Shown here piece by piece: positions 1-7,869 of a DNA stretch of 64,000 nt. The notes beneath the pieces were generated by a model that worked only from the letters and a program-made list of their open reading frames with translations, ran no database searches and was not told the DNA's origin. The DNA is from Myxococcota bacterium (GTDB lineage Bacteria; Myxococcota_A; UBA9160; SMWR01), in NCBI GenBank assembly GCA_030749415.1, contig JASMKC010000063.1, positions 39,573 to 103,572 of the forward strand, written 5' to 3'. The translations under genes were made by a program, and so were the position numbers. The stretch's first letter is position 1, and every line of letters begins with the position of its first letter.

Positions 1-1
1 C

Positions 2-1006
2 ATGACGGGCGTGCCGCTTCCCGACCAGCTGCGACGCATGCTGGGCGAGGCGGCGAGTGCCCGCGCCCTATACGAATCGCGGGGCTGGCTCGCCGACCCG
101 CAGTCATACCACCGGGAGCCGCCTCCGCTCGAATCTGCAGCACTCGCCGACGACGTGACATGGGACGGTCCGCGGCGACGACGCTTCGGACGGCTCGTCT
201 TCGAGAGCGGCTACGAGCCGCACGGGGAAGAGCCGGGGCGGGAGAGGTGGCTCGACCACCCCAGCAACGCCACGGTCCACGCCTATGTCCTCGAACACGC
301 GGAGCCGCGGCCCTGGCTCGTCTGTGTTCACGGCTTCGGCATGGGATCGCCCCTCGTCAACTTCGCGGGCTTCCGGGTCGCCCACCTCCACGAAACACTT
401 GGGCTGAACCTCGTGTTCCCGGTGCTTCCGCTCCACGGACCCCGGGGACAGAGGCGTTTCAGCGGCGGCGAGGTCCTGGAGCCGGACTACATGAAGATGG
501 TCTTCCTATTCGCGCAGGCGGCCTGGGACGTGCGGCGTGTCGTCTCCTGGGCGCGGGCCCGCGGCGGTAAAGACGTGGGCCTCTACGGCATCTCCCTGGG
601 CGGCTACGTGGCCGCGCTCGTAGCCGGACTCGAGGAGGGCCTGAGCTGTGCGATCGCCGGGATCCCGTGCGTCGACTTTCCGAACCTCGCACGCGACAAC
701 GAGCCGTGGATCATGCGGCGATACGGCGACGAGCTGCGCGTAAACTGGAGTGTGGTGCGCACGGTGAGCCACGTAGTCTCCCCCCTGGCGCTCTCGCCCC
801 GCCTACCCAAGGAGCGCCGCTTCATCTACGCGGGCATCGCGGACCGGATCGTGCATCCCGACCAGCCCCGGGCTCTCTGGCGACACTGGGAGGAGCCCGA
901 GATCCACTGGTTCTCCGGAGGCCACGTGCTCGGGATCATGAACGGGAGCATTCGGGAATTTCTTTCGAATTGCCTCCGCTCCGCAGGCCTTGCTCCAGCG
1001 GCATGA
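2..1006 (+). CDS. alpha/beta hydrolase (possibly 5' truncated by window edge)
   Basis: 334-aa ORF. It has a GISLGG nucleophile elbow (GxSxG) and an upstream VCVHGFGMG segment typical of the alpha/beta-hydrolase fold. The ATG sits at nt 2, so the true start may lie off-window. Confidence 0.7.
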   Translation: MTGVPLPDQLRRMLGEAASARALYESRGWLADPQSYHREPPPLESAALADDVTWDGPRRRRFGRLVFESGYEPHGEEPGRERWLDHPSNATVHAYVLEHAEPRPWLVCVHGFGMGSPLVNFAGFRVAHLHETLGLNLVFPVLPLHGPRGQRRFSGGEVLEPDYMKMVFLFAQAAWDVRRVVSWARARGGKDVGLYGISLGGYVAALVAGLEEGLSCAIAGIPCVDFPNLARDNEPWIMRRYGDELRVNWSVVRTVSHVVSPLALSPRLPKERRFIYAGIADRIVHPDQPRALWRHWEEPEIHWFSGGHVLGIMNGSIREFLSNCLRSAGLAPAA

Positions 1007-1048
1007 GCCCAACCGCAGCCGGGCTCCTCTCCCGCCACGTCGAAAGGC

Positions 1049-2470
1049 TCAGGAAGCGCGGACGAGACTCAGGGGGCGCTCGGAAGCAAGCCGCTCGAGA
1101 GCGCGGAACGACTGGCGCAGCGCCTCGGTGAAGCGCGACAGGTCGGGCATGCGATCGTAGTCCGCGTTGATTCCCCAGTGCAGTGCACCGTCGTAGCTGA
1201 ATACGCCGACACCCATGCCCGCCTGCCCCGAAAGCGGCAGGTTCGCGAAGCAGGCGGCGAGTCGAGCACCGCGCATGTAGAGCCGCTCTCGCGGTGCCGG
1301 GAAGGTCGCGAGCCGCAGGGTGGTTTCCGCCGGTGAGCCGAGCACCCGCGCCGCCGCAGCCGGAAGCGTCGAGGTCGGCAGTGTTTCCACGCTGCCGATA
1401 TCCGCGGAGCGGAGCGCCGACTGGGCCGACTGGGCCTCGAGACGGGCGCGCTTGACCCGGGCGAAGCAACGGGCCGGATCCGCCTCCCAGACCGGAAGCT
1501 CGAAAGTCCACTCTCCCACGCTCTGGCCACCGCCTTCGGCCTCGAGAGCCACGGGGAGCGAAACGCGCAGGTCGAGAGTCGTGGGATTCACGTAGTGAAG
1601 CGCCAGGTAGCGCCCCACGGCACCTGCCAGCGTCGCGAGGATCACGTCCAGCGTCGTCCCGCCCAGGGCCCCGCGCACCGCCTCCACCACCGGGAGTGGG
1701 AGCACCAGGTAGTCGACCGCGCGGTGGGGCCCGACCGGCCCTCGGAGGGGCAGCTCGTGGCGCTCCGCCACGGTGTAGCCGAGCAGCTGAGCCGCGCGGT
1801 CCAGCTGCCCCCGCAGAGTGCGGGTCCACGGATCCGTAGCCACCGCCTCGCGCATCCATCCCCAGGTCCGGCGCAGGAGCCGCGCCTTGCGCACCACCTC
1901 TTCGTAAAAGAGTTCTGCAGCTGCCGGCGCAGGCTGCGGCCGGTGCGGCGGCGTGTCCTCGACCGGCGCATTCGGGTCGGGCTTCAGCAGCGCCTGAAGA
2001 GCGTCGGTGCCCGCATCCTGGATCAGGGCCAGGTGCGTTTTCGTGAGAATCGCAAAACGGTCACCCTCGAGACCCTCCACGACCCAGTACTCCCACAGTG
2101 GACGTGACCGGTCGAGTCGCTGCGACTGGATACGAGCCGCCACCTTGCGCAGCTGCTGAAAGCTGCCGGGCTGCGGCAGACTCGTGTGACGTACGTGGTA
2201 GTCGAGTCGAAACTCGTCATCGTCGACCCAGACCGGATATCGCTCGAGCGGAATCCAGCTCAGCTTGCGGCGGTAGTGAGGCACCCCCGCGAGCGATGCA
2301 TCGATGGCCGCGCGGACGGCAGAAAAATCTACCGCGCCGTGAGACCACGCGAGCGGCCCGGCGTCGAAGATGAGCAGCGTGCCCAGGTGTCCGAAGCGAC
2401 GCGAGCTCTCGTCCGCTATCAGCGCAGCCGCGTCGGAACTCAGGCGTTCGTAGGAAGTGCGAGGCATCAC
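1049..2470 (-). CDS. wax ester synthase/diacylglycerol acyltransferase (WS/DGAT) family protein with a variant active-site motif
   Basis: 473-aa ORF with WS/DGAT-like layout (RPLWEYWVVEGLEGDRFAILTKTH...). HLALIQD occupies the position of the canonical HHxxxDG motif. Confidence 0.7.
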   Translation of the reverse strand: MMPRTSYERLSSDAAALIADESSRRFGHLGTLLIFDAGPLAWSHGAVDFSAVRAAIDASLAGVPHYRRKLSWIPLERYPVWVDDDEFRLDYHVRHTSLPQPGSFQQLRKVAARIQSQRLDRSRPLWEYWVVEGLEGDRFAILTKTHLALIQDAGTDALQALLKPDPNAPVEDTPPHRPQPAPAAAELFYEEVVRKARLLRRTWGWMREAVATDPWTRTLRGQLDRAAQLLGYTVAERHELPLRGPVGPHRAVDYLVLPLPVVEAVRGALGGTTLDVILATLAGAVGRYLALHYVNPTTLDLRVSLPVALEAEGGGQSVGEWTFELPVWEADPARCFARVKRARLEAQSAQSALRSADIGSVETLPTSTLPAAAARVLGSPAETTLRLATFPAPRERLYMRGARLAACFANLPLSGQAGMGVGVFSYDGALHWGINADYDRMPDLSRFTEALRQSFRALERLASERPLSLVRAS

Positions 2471-2697
2471 GCGATATTAGCACCCGTGCCGCCGCGACCA
2501 GTACCGCACCCGCGTGCCTCCGGAGAAACGACCGGACGGACGGATACGCCAGTCCACTGCCGCTTGACCGATCCCCTCGACCTCGAAGCCCACGGCACAG
2601 CGGACGCACGGACCGCCGACTCGTTTTGCCAGAAATGACGAGACACGCGTAAGATGGGTGCCATGCGCGGCGGAGCCGCGCCCATGGAAGGAGCGAA

Positions 2698-3702
2698 ATG
2701 CCCGACGGCCACCGCATCCTCGGCGCCGAAGTCTCGCCTTACTCGGTGAAGGTCCGTTCCTACTTCCGCTACAAGAAGATCCCGCACGAGTGGGTCCCGC
2801 GCGACGCGAACGCGATGCCGGAGTTCCAGAAACACGCAAAGCTGCCGCTGATTCCGCTCGTGATCACACCCGAGCAGCAGGCGATTCAGGACTCGACTCC
2901 GATTGTCGAGCGCATGGAGGCCATGCACCCGGAGCCTTCGATCCACCCGAAGGACCCGACCCTGGCCTTCCTCTCCGCGCTGATCGAAGAGTTCGGCGAC
3001 GAGTGGGGCAACAAGTGGATGTTCCACTACCGGTGGGCGCGCGAGGTGGACCAGCATTCGGCCGGCCGGCGCATCGCGGCACTGATGGCGCCGGACGGCT
3101 CCGACGAAGAACGTGCGGCGGTCGCCAACGGCATCGTGGCGCGCATGGTGGGGCGGACCTGGTTCGTCGGCTCCAACGAGCAGACGGCACCACAGATCGA
3201 AGCGTCGTGGAAGGAAGGCCTGGCACAGCTCAACGCCCACCTGGCCGGTCGCTCGTATCTCTTCGGGGAAAGACCGGCGTTTGGCGACTTCGGTCTGTGG
3301 GGCCAGGTCTACAACGCGTGGACCGATCCGACGTGCGGCGCCATGCTCGAGCAAGGTGCTCCCCACGCGCTCGCATGGGTCGAGCGCATGCTCGCGCCGG
3401 AAGCGCTGGGCGAATTCGAGACCTGGAACACGCTCGAAGCGACGTTGACCCCCTTCCTGGAACGCCAGGTGGGGACACTCTTCCTGCCCTGGTCCGACGC
3501 CAACGCGCGCGCCATCGCCGAGGGTCTCGAAGAATTCAGCGTCGAACTCGACGGCAAGACGTGGACACAGAAGCCACAGAAGTACCACGCTCGCTCGCTC
3601 GCGGCATTGCGTGCGAAGTACGCGGAGGTGCGCGGCAACGCGCAGCTCGACGGGATTCTCGAGTCCACCGGCTGTCTGCGCTGGCTCGCCCTTTCCGACT
3701 GA
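2698..3702 (+). CDS. glutathione S-transferase family protein
   Basis: 334-aa ORF. The N-terminus (ILGAEVSPYSVKVRSYFRYKKIPHEWV) resembles a GST N-terminal thioredoxin-like domain. The overlapping 2658..5003 frame is read-through over this stretch. Confidence 0.7.
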   Translation: MPDGHRILGAEVSPYSVKVRSYFRYKKIPHEWVPRDANAMPEFQKHAKLPLIPLVITPEQQAIQDSTPIVERMEAMHPEPSIHPKDPTLAFLSALIEEFGDEWGNKWMFHYRWAREVDQHSAGRRIAALMAPDGSDEERAAVANGIVARMVGRTWFVGSNEQTAPQIEASWKEGLAQLNAHLAGRSYLFGERPAFGDFGLWGQVYNAWTDPTCGAMLEQGAPHALAWVERMLAPEALGEFETWNTLEATLTPFLERQVGTLFLPWSDANARAIAEGLEEFSVELDGKTWTQKPQKYHARSLAALRAKYAEVRGNAQLDGILESTGCLRWLALSD

Positions 3703-3734
3703 AGGCGGTGGAGTTCAGTCGACGCGCCCGATCG

Positions 3735-5003
3735 ATGCTGCTGCGCACCGCGGTGGGCCAAAACCGGATGCGCCTGCGGCGCGGCACCGCCGAACTGTGG
3801 CGGCGCCTCGCGAAAGCCCCCCACCGCGTCGAGTACTTCCACCAGGTCGACGACCCCTACAGCCACCTGGCGGCGCAGGCCCTTTCTCGCCTGACCGACC
3901 GCTATGAAATCGAGCTCGTCCCGCACCTGGTTGCACAACCCACCGACGCCGCCACACCCGAGCGCGAGATGCTCACCGCATACGCACGGCGGGATGCCGC
4001 TGCGGTGGCCCCGCACTTCGAGATTTCGTTCCAAGACCCGGGCCGGCAGCCCCAGAACGCCGCGGTCCGACGGACCGAGCGCGCGTTGGCTGCGGCGCTC
4101 GCCGGCGGCCCATTCGCCGAACTGGCGCCGCGCCTGGGCGAAGCGCTCTGGTCGGGCCGGGAAGACCCAGCGGGACTCGCCACGCCCGAGGCAACCGCAG
4201 AGCGGTTGGCGGAGGGAAGCGAGCGGCGCAAGGCGCTCGGCCACTACCTCGGCGCCACGTTTCACTACGGCGGCGAGTGGTACTGGGGCATCGACCGCCT
4301 GGGGCATCTGGAGAAGCGTCTCGCCGCGCTCGGCGCGTGCCGCACGCCCGGAACCGCAACGTTCGCGCCGCCTTCCGAAGCCTGCGAGGCGCGCGGTGCT
4401 CGAGAGCTGACGCTCGAATACTTTCCCTCGCTGCGCAGCCCGTACACCTACATCTCGATGCCGCGGGTGTTTTCACTGGCCGAACAGACCGGCGTGAAAC
4501 TGGTGTTGCGGCCCGTGCTCCCCATGGTCATGCGAGGGCTTTCCGTCCCGATGCAAAAGGGCCTCTACATCTTTGAAGACACCGCGCGGGAGGCACAGCG
4601 GGTCGGACTTCCCTTCGGACGGGTCGTCGACCCGGTCGGGCGGCCGGTCGAGCGCGCCTATTCGCTCTTCCCGTGGGCACGCGAACAGGGCCGGGCCGCC
4701 GAGTTGCTTCTGGGCTTCGCCCGCGGCGCATTCGCCGAGGGCATCGACACGGGCAGCGACACGGGGATCCGAAAAATCGTCGAGGGTGCCGGCCTCGGCT
4801 TCGAACAGGCGCGGGGCGTGCTCGACAGCGAAGACTGGCGCGGGGAAATCGGGGAAAACCAGCAGACCCTCTATGCCCTCGGGCTCTGGGGCGTTCCGAG
4901 CTTCCGGCTGCGCGGCCCCGTGGGCAGCCCGGATTTCTCCACCTGGGGCCAGGACCGGATTTTCCTTCTATCACGAGAGATTGCACGCCGGACCCCGGGC
5001 TGA
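3735..5003 (+). CDS. tandem DsbA-like / 2-hydroxychromene-2-carboxylate isomerase family protein
   Basis: The real gene is the 3' part of the 2658..5003 ORF, starting at the ATG at 3735 (MLLRTAVGQ). It has two repeated modules (VEYFHQVDDPYSHLA and LEYFPSLRSPYTYIS) typical of HCCA-isomerase/DsbA-family thioredoxin folds. Confidence 0.6.
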   Translation: MLLRTAVGQNRMRLRRGTAELWRRLAKAPHRVEYFHQVDDPYSHLAAQALSRLTDRYEIELVPHLVAQPTDAATPEREMLTAYARRDAAAVAPHFEISFQDPGRQPQNAAVRRTERALAAALAGGPFAELAPRLGEALWSGREDPAGLATPEATAERLAEGSERRKALGHYLGATFHYGGEWYWGIDRLGHLEKRLAALGACRTPGTATFAPPSEACEARGARELTLEYFPSLRSPYTYISMPRVFSLAEQTGVKLVLRPVLPMVMRGLSVPMQKGLYIFEDTAREAQRVGLPFGRVVDPVGRPVERAYSLFPWAREQGRAAELLLGFARGAFAEGIDTGSDTGIRKIVEGAGLGFEQARGVLDSEDWRGEIGENQQTLYALGLWGVPSFRLRGPVGSPDFSTWGQDRIFLLSREIARRTPG

Positions 5004-5075
5004 TCCCAGCGCGGACGCAACCCTCGGGCGCCCGCCGGGTTTAACCCCGCGCACCCCACGATCAAGGAGATCCCC

Positions 5076-5546
5076 ATGAAGCGCTGTTTTGCCCTCTTCC
5101 TCGGCCTCGCAATCCTCCTTCCCCTCGGCGCCCTTGCGCGGCCGGGCGGATTTCACGGCGTACCGGGCCTGCACCTCGAGCGCGCGCTCGAGCAACTGGA
5201 CCTCGACGCCAGCACCTGGGAGCAGATCGACGCCATTCTCGATGCGGCGATGGCCGAGAAAGAACCCCTCCGCGAGGAGATCCGGGCCGCCCACGAGGAG
5301 ATGCGCATGCGCATGGAGGCCGACCCCCCGGACCTCGACGTGATCCTGTCCCAGACCGAAGTCATCGGCGCTCTGCACGTGGAGGCTCACAAGCAGCGGC
5401 TGCAGACATGGTTCGCCGTTCGCGCCGTGCTGACCAGCGACCAGATCGACGCGCTCGCCGAAATCCGGCGCAACCGGCACGCGGGCTTCCGCCGCGGACA
5501 CGAGCACCGGGAAAACGGTGGGCCGGAAACGGATTTCGACCGCTAG
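5076..5546 (+). CDS. Spy/CpxP-family periplasmic protein (LTxxQ motif)
   Basis: 156 aa with a signal peptide (MKRCFALFLGLAILLPLGALA), a helical charged body and an LTSDQ (LTxxQ) motif. Confidence 0.55.
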   Translation: MKRCFALFLGLAILLPLGALARPGGFHGVPGLHLERALEQLDLDASTWEQIDAILDAAMAEKEPLREEIRAAHEEMRMRMEADPPDLDVILSQTEVIGALHVEAHKQRLQTWFAVRAVLTSDQIDALAEIRRNRHAGFRRGHEHRENGGPETDFDR

Positions 5547-5551
5547 AATAG

Positions 5552-6589
5552 GTGCCGCCAATCGACCGGAGGTTCGCGGTGCAAGACCGGTTCACCGAAC
5601 TTCGCCGCGCACTCCAGTTCGCTCTCCTGGCACTTCCCATCCTGACCGCGCCCGCGGGAGCCGTAGACGGCTTCTCCCAGTGGCTCGCGGAACTCGAAGC
5701 GGAAGCGATCGATCGCGGTATTTCACAGACCACTGTTCACAGTGCACTGCACGACATCGAGCCCATCCCGGAAATCATCGAGCACGACCGGGACCAGCCG
5801 AAGAAACCGAGCAATTTCTGCAAATACCTCGAACGGCGCCTCACACCGACCCGCATCGCCCGGGGCCGGCGAATGCTGAAGGAACATGCAGTGCTGCTGC
5901 GAGAGATCACGGCAACCTACGGAGTGCCCGCACGCTACCTGGTCGCGCTCTGGGGGCTAGAAACAAACTTCGGGGACTATATGGGCGAACACCCGGTGCT
6001 GGCATCCCTGGCCACGCTCGCCTACGACCCGCGGCGAGGCGAAATGTTCCGGGAACAGATCTTCGCCGCCCTGCAAATCATCGACGAGGGGCACCGGTCG
6101 GCCGAGGGCTTCACCGGCTCGTGGGCCGGGGCGGTCGGCCTCGTCCAGTTCATGCCGACCACGTTCCTCGAATTCGCTGTCGACCAGGACGGCGATGGGC
6201 GCAAGGACCTGTGGACGAGCCTGCCCGACGCACTGGCGAGCGCCGCCAACTACATGAAGCGCTCGGGCTGGCGCAGCGGCGAATCGTGGGGGCGCCGCGT
6301 GAGCCTGCCGCCCGAACTCGAGCGCGACCGGGCGACCCTGAAGCGGCGGAAACCGATCGCGACGTGGGAAGGCCTCGGGGTCCGAAGGTCCGACGGCAGC
6401 GCGCTTCCCGTCGCGGCCATTCGCGGGCGCATCGTACAGCCCCTGCGAGGTCCCGGGCCGGCCTTCCTCGTCTACCGCAACTACGAGACATTCCTCCGCT
6501 GGAACAACTCGACTTTTTTTGCCATCTCGGTTGGAACCCTGGCGGATGAATTGACGCGAGCCGCTGCCCTGGGCATATGCGGGCTCTGA
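5552..6589 (+). CDS. lytic murein transglycosylase (MltB/SLT_2 family)
   Basis: 345 aa. YGVPARYLVALWGLETNFG and GAVGLVQFMPTTF are characteristic of MltB-type transglycosylases. GTG start at 5552; an alternative GTG at 5579 is possible. Confidence 0.8.
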   Translation: MPPIDRRFAVQDRFTELRRALQFALLALPILTAPAGAVDGFSQWLAELEAEAIDRGISQTTVHSALHDIEPIPEIIEHDRDQPKKPSNFCKYLERRLTPTRIARGRRMLKEHAVLLREITATYGVPARYLVALWGLETNFGDYMGEHPVLASLATLAYDPRRGEMFREQIFAALQIIDEGHRSAEGFTGSWAGAVGLVQFMPTTFLEFAVDQDGDGRKDLWTSLPDALASAANYMKRSGWRSGESWGRRVSLPPELERDRATLKRRKPIATWEGLGVRRSDGSALPVAAIRGRIVQPLRGPGPAFLVYRNYETFLRWNNSTFFAISVGTLADELTRAAALGICGL

Positions 6590-6593
6590 GCGG

Positions 6594-6615
6594 GACCGCG
6601 CTGCGACACGCGGTC
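6594..6615. terminator. GC-rich hairpin between convergent genes (possible bidirectional terminator)
   Basis: GACCGCG (6594-6600) and CGCGGTC (6609-6615) form a 7-bp stem with an 8-nt loop, between the mltB-like stop (6589) and the LLM stop (6630). There is no U-tract. Confidence 0.25.
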
Positions 6616-6629
6616 ACCGCGGCCCGACG

Positions 6630-7517
6630 TCAGCGAACGGTGTCCCGAAACTGCTCGAGAGCGTCGATGTAGGAGCGGAGTCCCTCGTAGCCGACCCGCT
6701 GGTGGCCCACGGCCTCCACCGCCGTGTCCATGGCGCGCAGACTGAGGCTCGTGCCCCCGAGACCCTGCCAGAGCTCGAACTCCTCGCGCCACTCGTCCGG
6801 ACCCTGGCTGAAGTCGACCACTGCGTCACAGGGAAACTCCGCGGGCTTGCGGCCCTCCCGTTCGAGGTGCCCTCGAAGCGACGTGTGGAGCGTCTGCATC
6901 CGCTTGGGCGTCGACCCGAACAGGAATCCGTCGCCGATCCGGGCGGCCCGCCGCAGCGCCACCTCGGAAAAGCCACCAAACCAGATTGGAATGCAGCGCG
7001 TGGGCTGGGGCAGGATTCCCGCGCGATCGATCCGGTGATAGGTGCCTCGGAAATCGACCACGGGCTCTCGCCAGAGCTGGCGCAGCAGGTCCACCTGCTC
7101 GTCGAGGCGCTTGCCGCGGTCGCCGTACGGAACACCGAGGGCGTCGTACTCGACCCAGTTCCAGCCGGTGCCGACCCCGAGCAGCATGCGCCCGCTGGAG
7201 AGGACGTCTACCTCCGCTGCCTGCTTGGCGACGAGCGCGGTCTGGCGCTGGGTGAGAATGAGCACGCCCGTGATCAGTTCGACGCGCGAAGTCTGGCCCG
7301 CCAGGTACCCGAAGAGAACGAACGGCTCGTGGAACGGATCGCGCTCGGTGTAGGGGCCCATCAGCGCCGGGTCCCGCCCCTCGTGAACCGCACCGAGCAC
7401 GTGGTCGTAGGCGATGATGTGGTCGAACCCGAGGTCTTCGGCGGCCTGCGCCCAATCGCGAACGGCCAACGGGTCGTTCCCGATCTCGGGAGTGGGGAAG
7501 ATGGCTCCGAGCTTCAT
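6630..7517 (-). CDS. LLM-class (luciferase-like) F420/flavin-dependent oxidoreductase
   Basis: MKLGAIFPTPEIGNDPLAVRDWAQAAEDLGFDHIIAYDHVLG is typical of the luciferase-like monooxygenase family. I chose the ATG at 7517, which has GGAGGA upstream, rather than the ORF-track start at 7583. Confidence 0.75.
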   Translation of the reverse strand: MKLGAIFPTPEIGNDPLAVRDWAQAAEDLGFDHIIAYDHVLGAVHEGRDPALMGPYTERDPFHEPFVLFGYLAGQTSRVELITGVLILTQRQTALVAKQAAEVDVLSSGRMLLGVGTGWNWVEYDALGVPYGDRGKRLDEQVDLLRQLWREPVVDFRGTYHRIDRAGILPQPTRCIPIWFGGFSEVALRRAARIGDGFLFGSTPKRMQTLHTSLRGHLEREGRKPAEFPCDAVVDFSQGPDEWREEFELWQGLGGTSLSLRAMDTAVEAVGHQRVGYEGLRSYIDALEQFRDTVR

Positions 7518-7582
7518 GCGGGGTCCTCCGGGGTAACGCTCGTCGGCACCCAGGCTATCACGGGCTACCCTGCCCGCGCGCA

Positions 7583-7668
7583 CCCAGCAATGAAATCGCG
7601 GAATGGCCTACGCGATTCTCGGTGCCAACTGCCGCCCCAGCAATGAAATCGCGGAATGGCCTACGCGA
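7583..7668. repeat. two identical 33-bp direct repeats with 53-bp period
   Basis: CCCAGCAATGAAATCGCGGAATGGCCTACGCGA occurs at 7583-7615 and again at 7636-7668, in the divergent LLM/thrS intergenic region. Each copy contains the inverted repeat TCGCG-N10-CGCGA. Confidence 0.9.
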
Positions 7669-7803
7669 GTTGGCTGCGCTTCGCAACTCACTCGAAGCCA
7701 ATGCACGCACGGCCGAACTTCGCGGCACTGACCGAAGAAGAGACACCCAGCTTCGGCAAGCCGGCAGCACTGCTCGAGGCGTGACATACTGGCTTTCCGA
7801 GGC

Positions 7804-7863
7804 ACGGCGGGAGTAGCCGTCGCGCCGCGAGCGAGGACGGGCGGTAGCCGTCCCGCGAAGGAG
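7804..7863 (+). promoter_or_regulatory. thrS 5' leader: two hairpins sharing GUAGCCGUC, the second abutting the Shine-Dalgarno sequence
   Basis: Hairpin 1: ACGGC(7804-7808), loop GGGAGUA, GCCGU(7816-7820). Hairpin 2: GGACGG(7835-7840), loop GCGGUAG, CCGUCC(7848-7853). AAGGAG lies at 7858-7863 and the ATG at 7870. Confidence 0.3.
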
Positions 7864-7869
7864 AATTCC

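Noticed and set aside
2658-5003. 781-aa ORF spanning the GST gene and the DsbA-like gene
   Set aside because: Only the last 422 codons (from the ATG at 3735) have protein-like sequence. The upstream part is an alternative frame of the GST gene with junk composition. The same reasoning was used to trim 20680..22914, 28073..29473, 28792..30186, 43912..47034, 48823..50871 and 52097..53704.
7620-7636. Sigma-54 type promoter (TTGGCAC on the minus strand) facing the LLM gene
   Set aside because: TGGCAC is present, but the following element is TCGC at N6 spacing rather than TTGC at N5, which breaks the strict GG-N10-GC spacing.
7541-7869. tRNA gene or T-box leader upstream of thrS
   Set aside because: No cloverleaf-compatible segment with a GTTCRANYC-like T-arm was found, and no T-box consensus or specifier/antiterminator architecture was recognisable. 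Only short hairpins are present.
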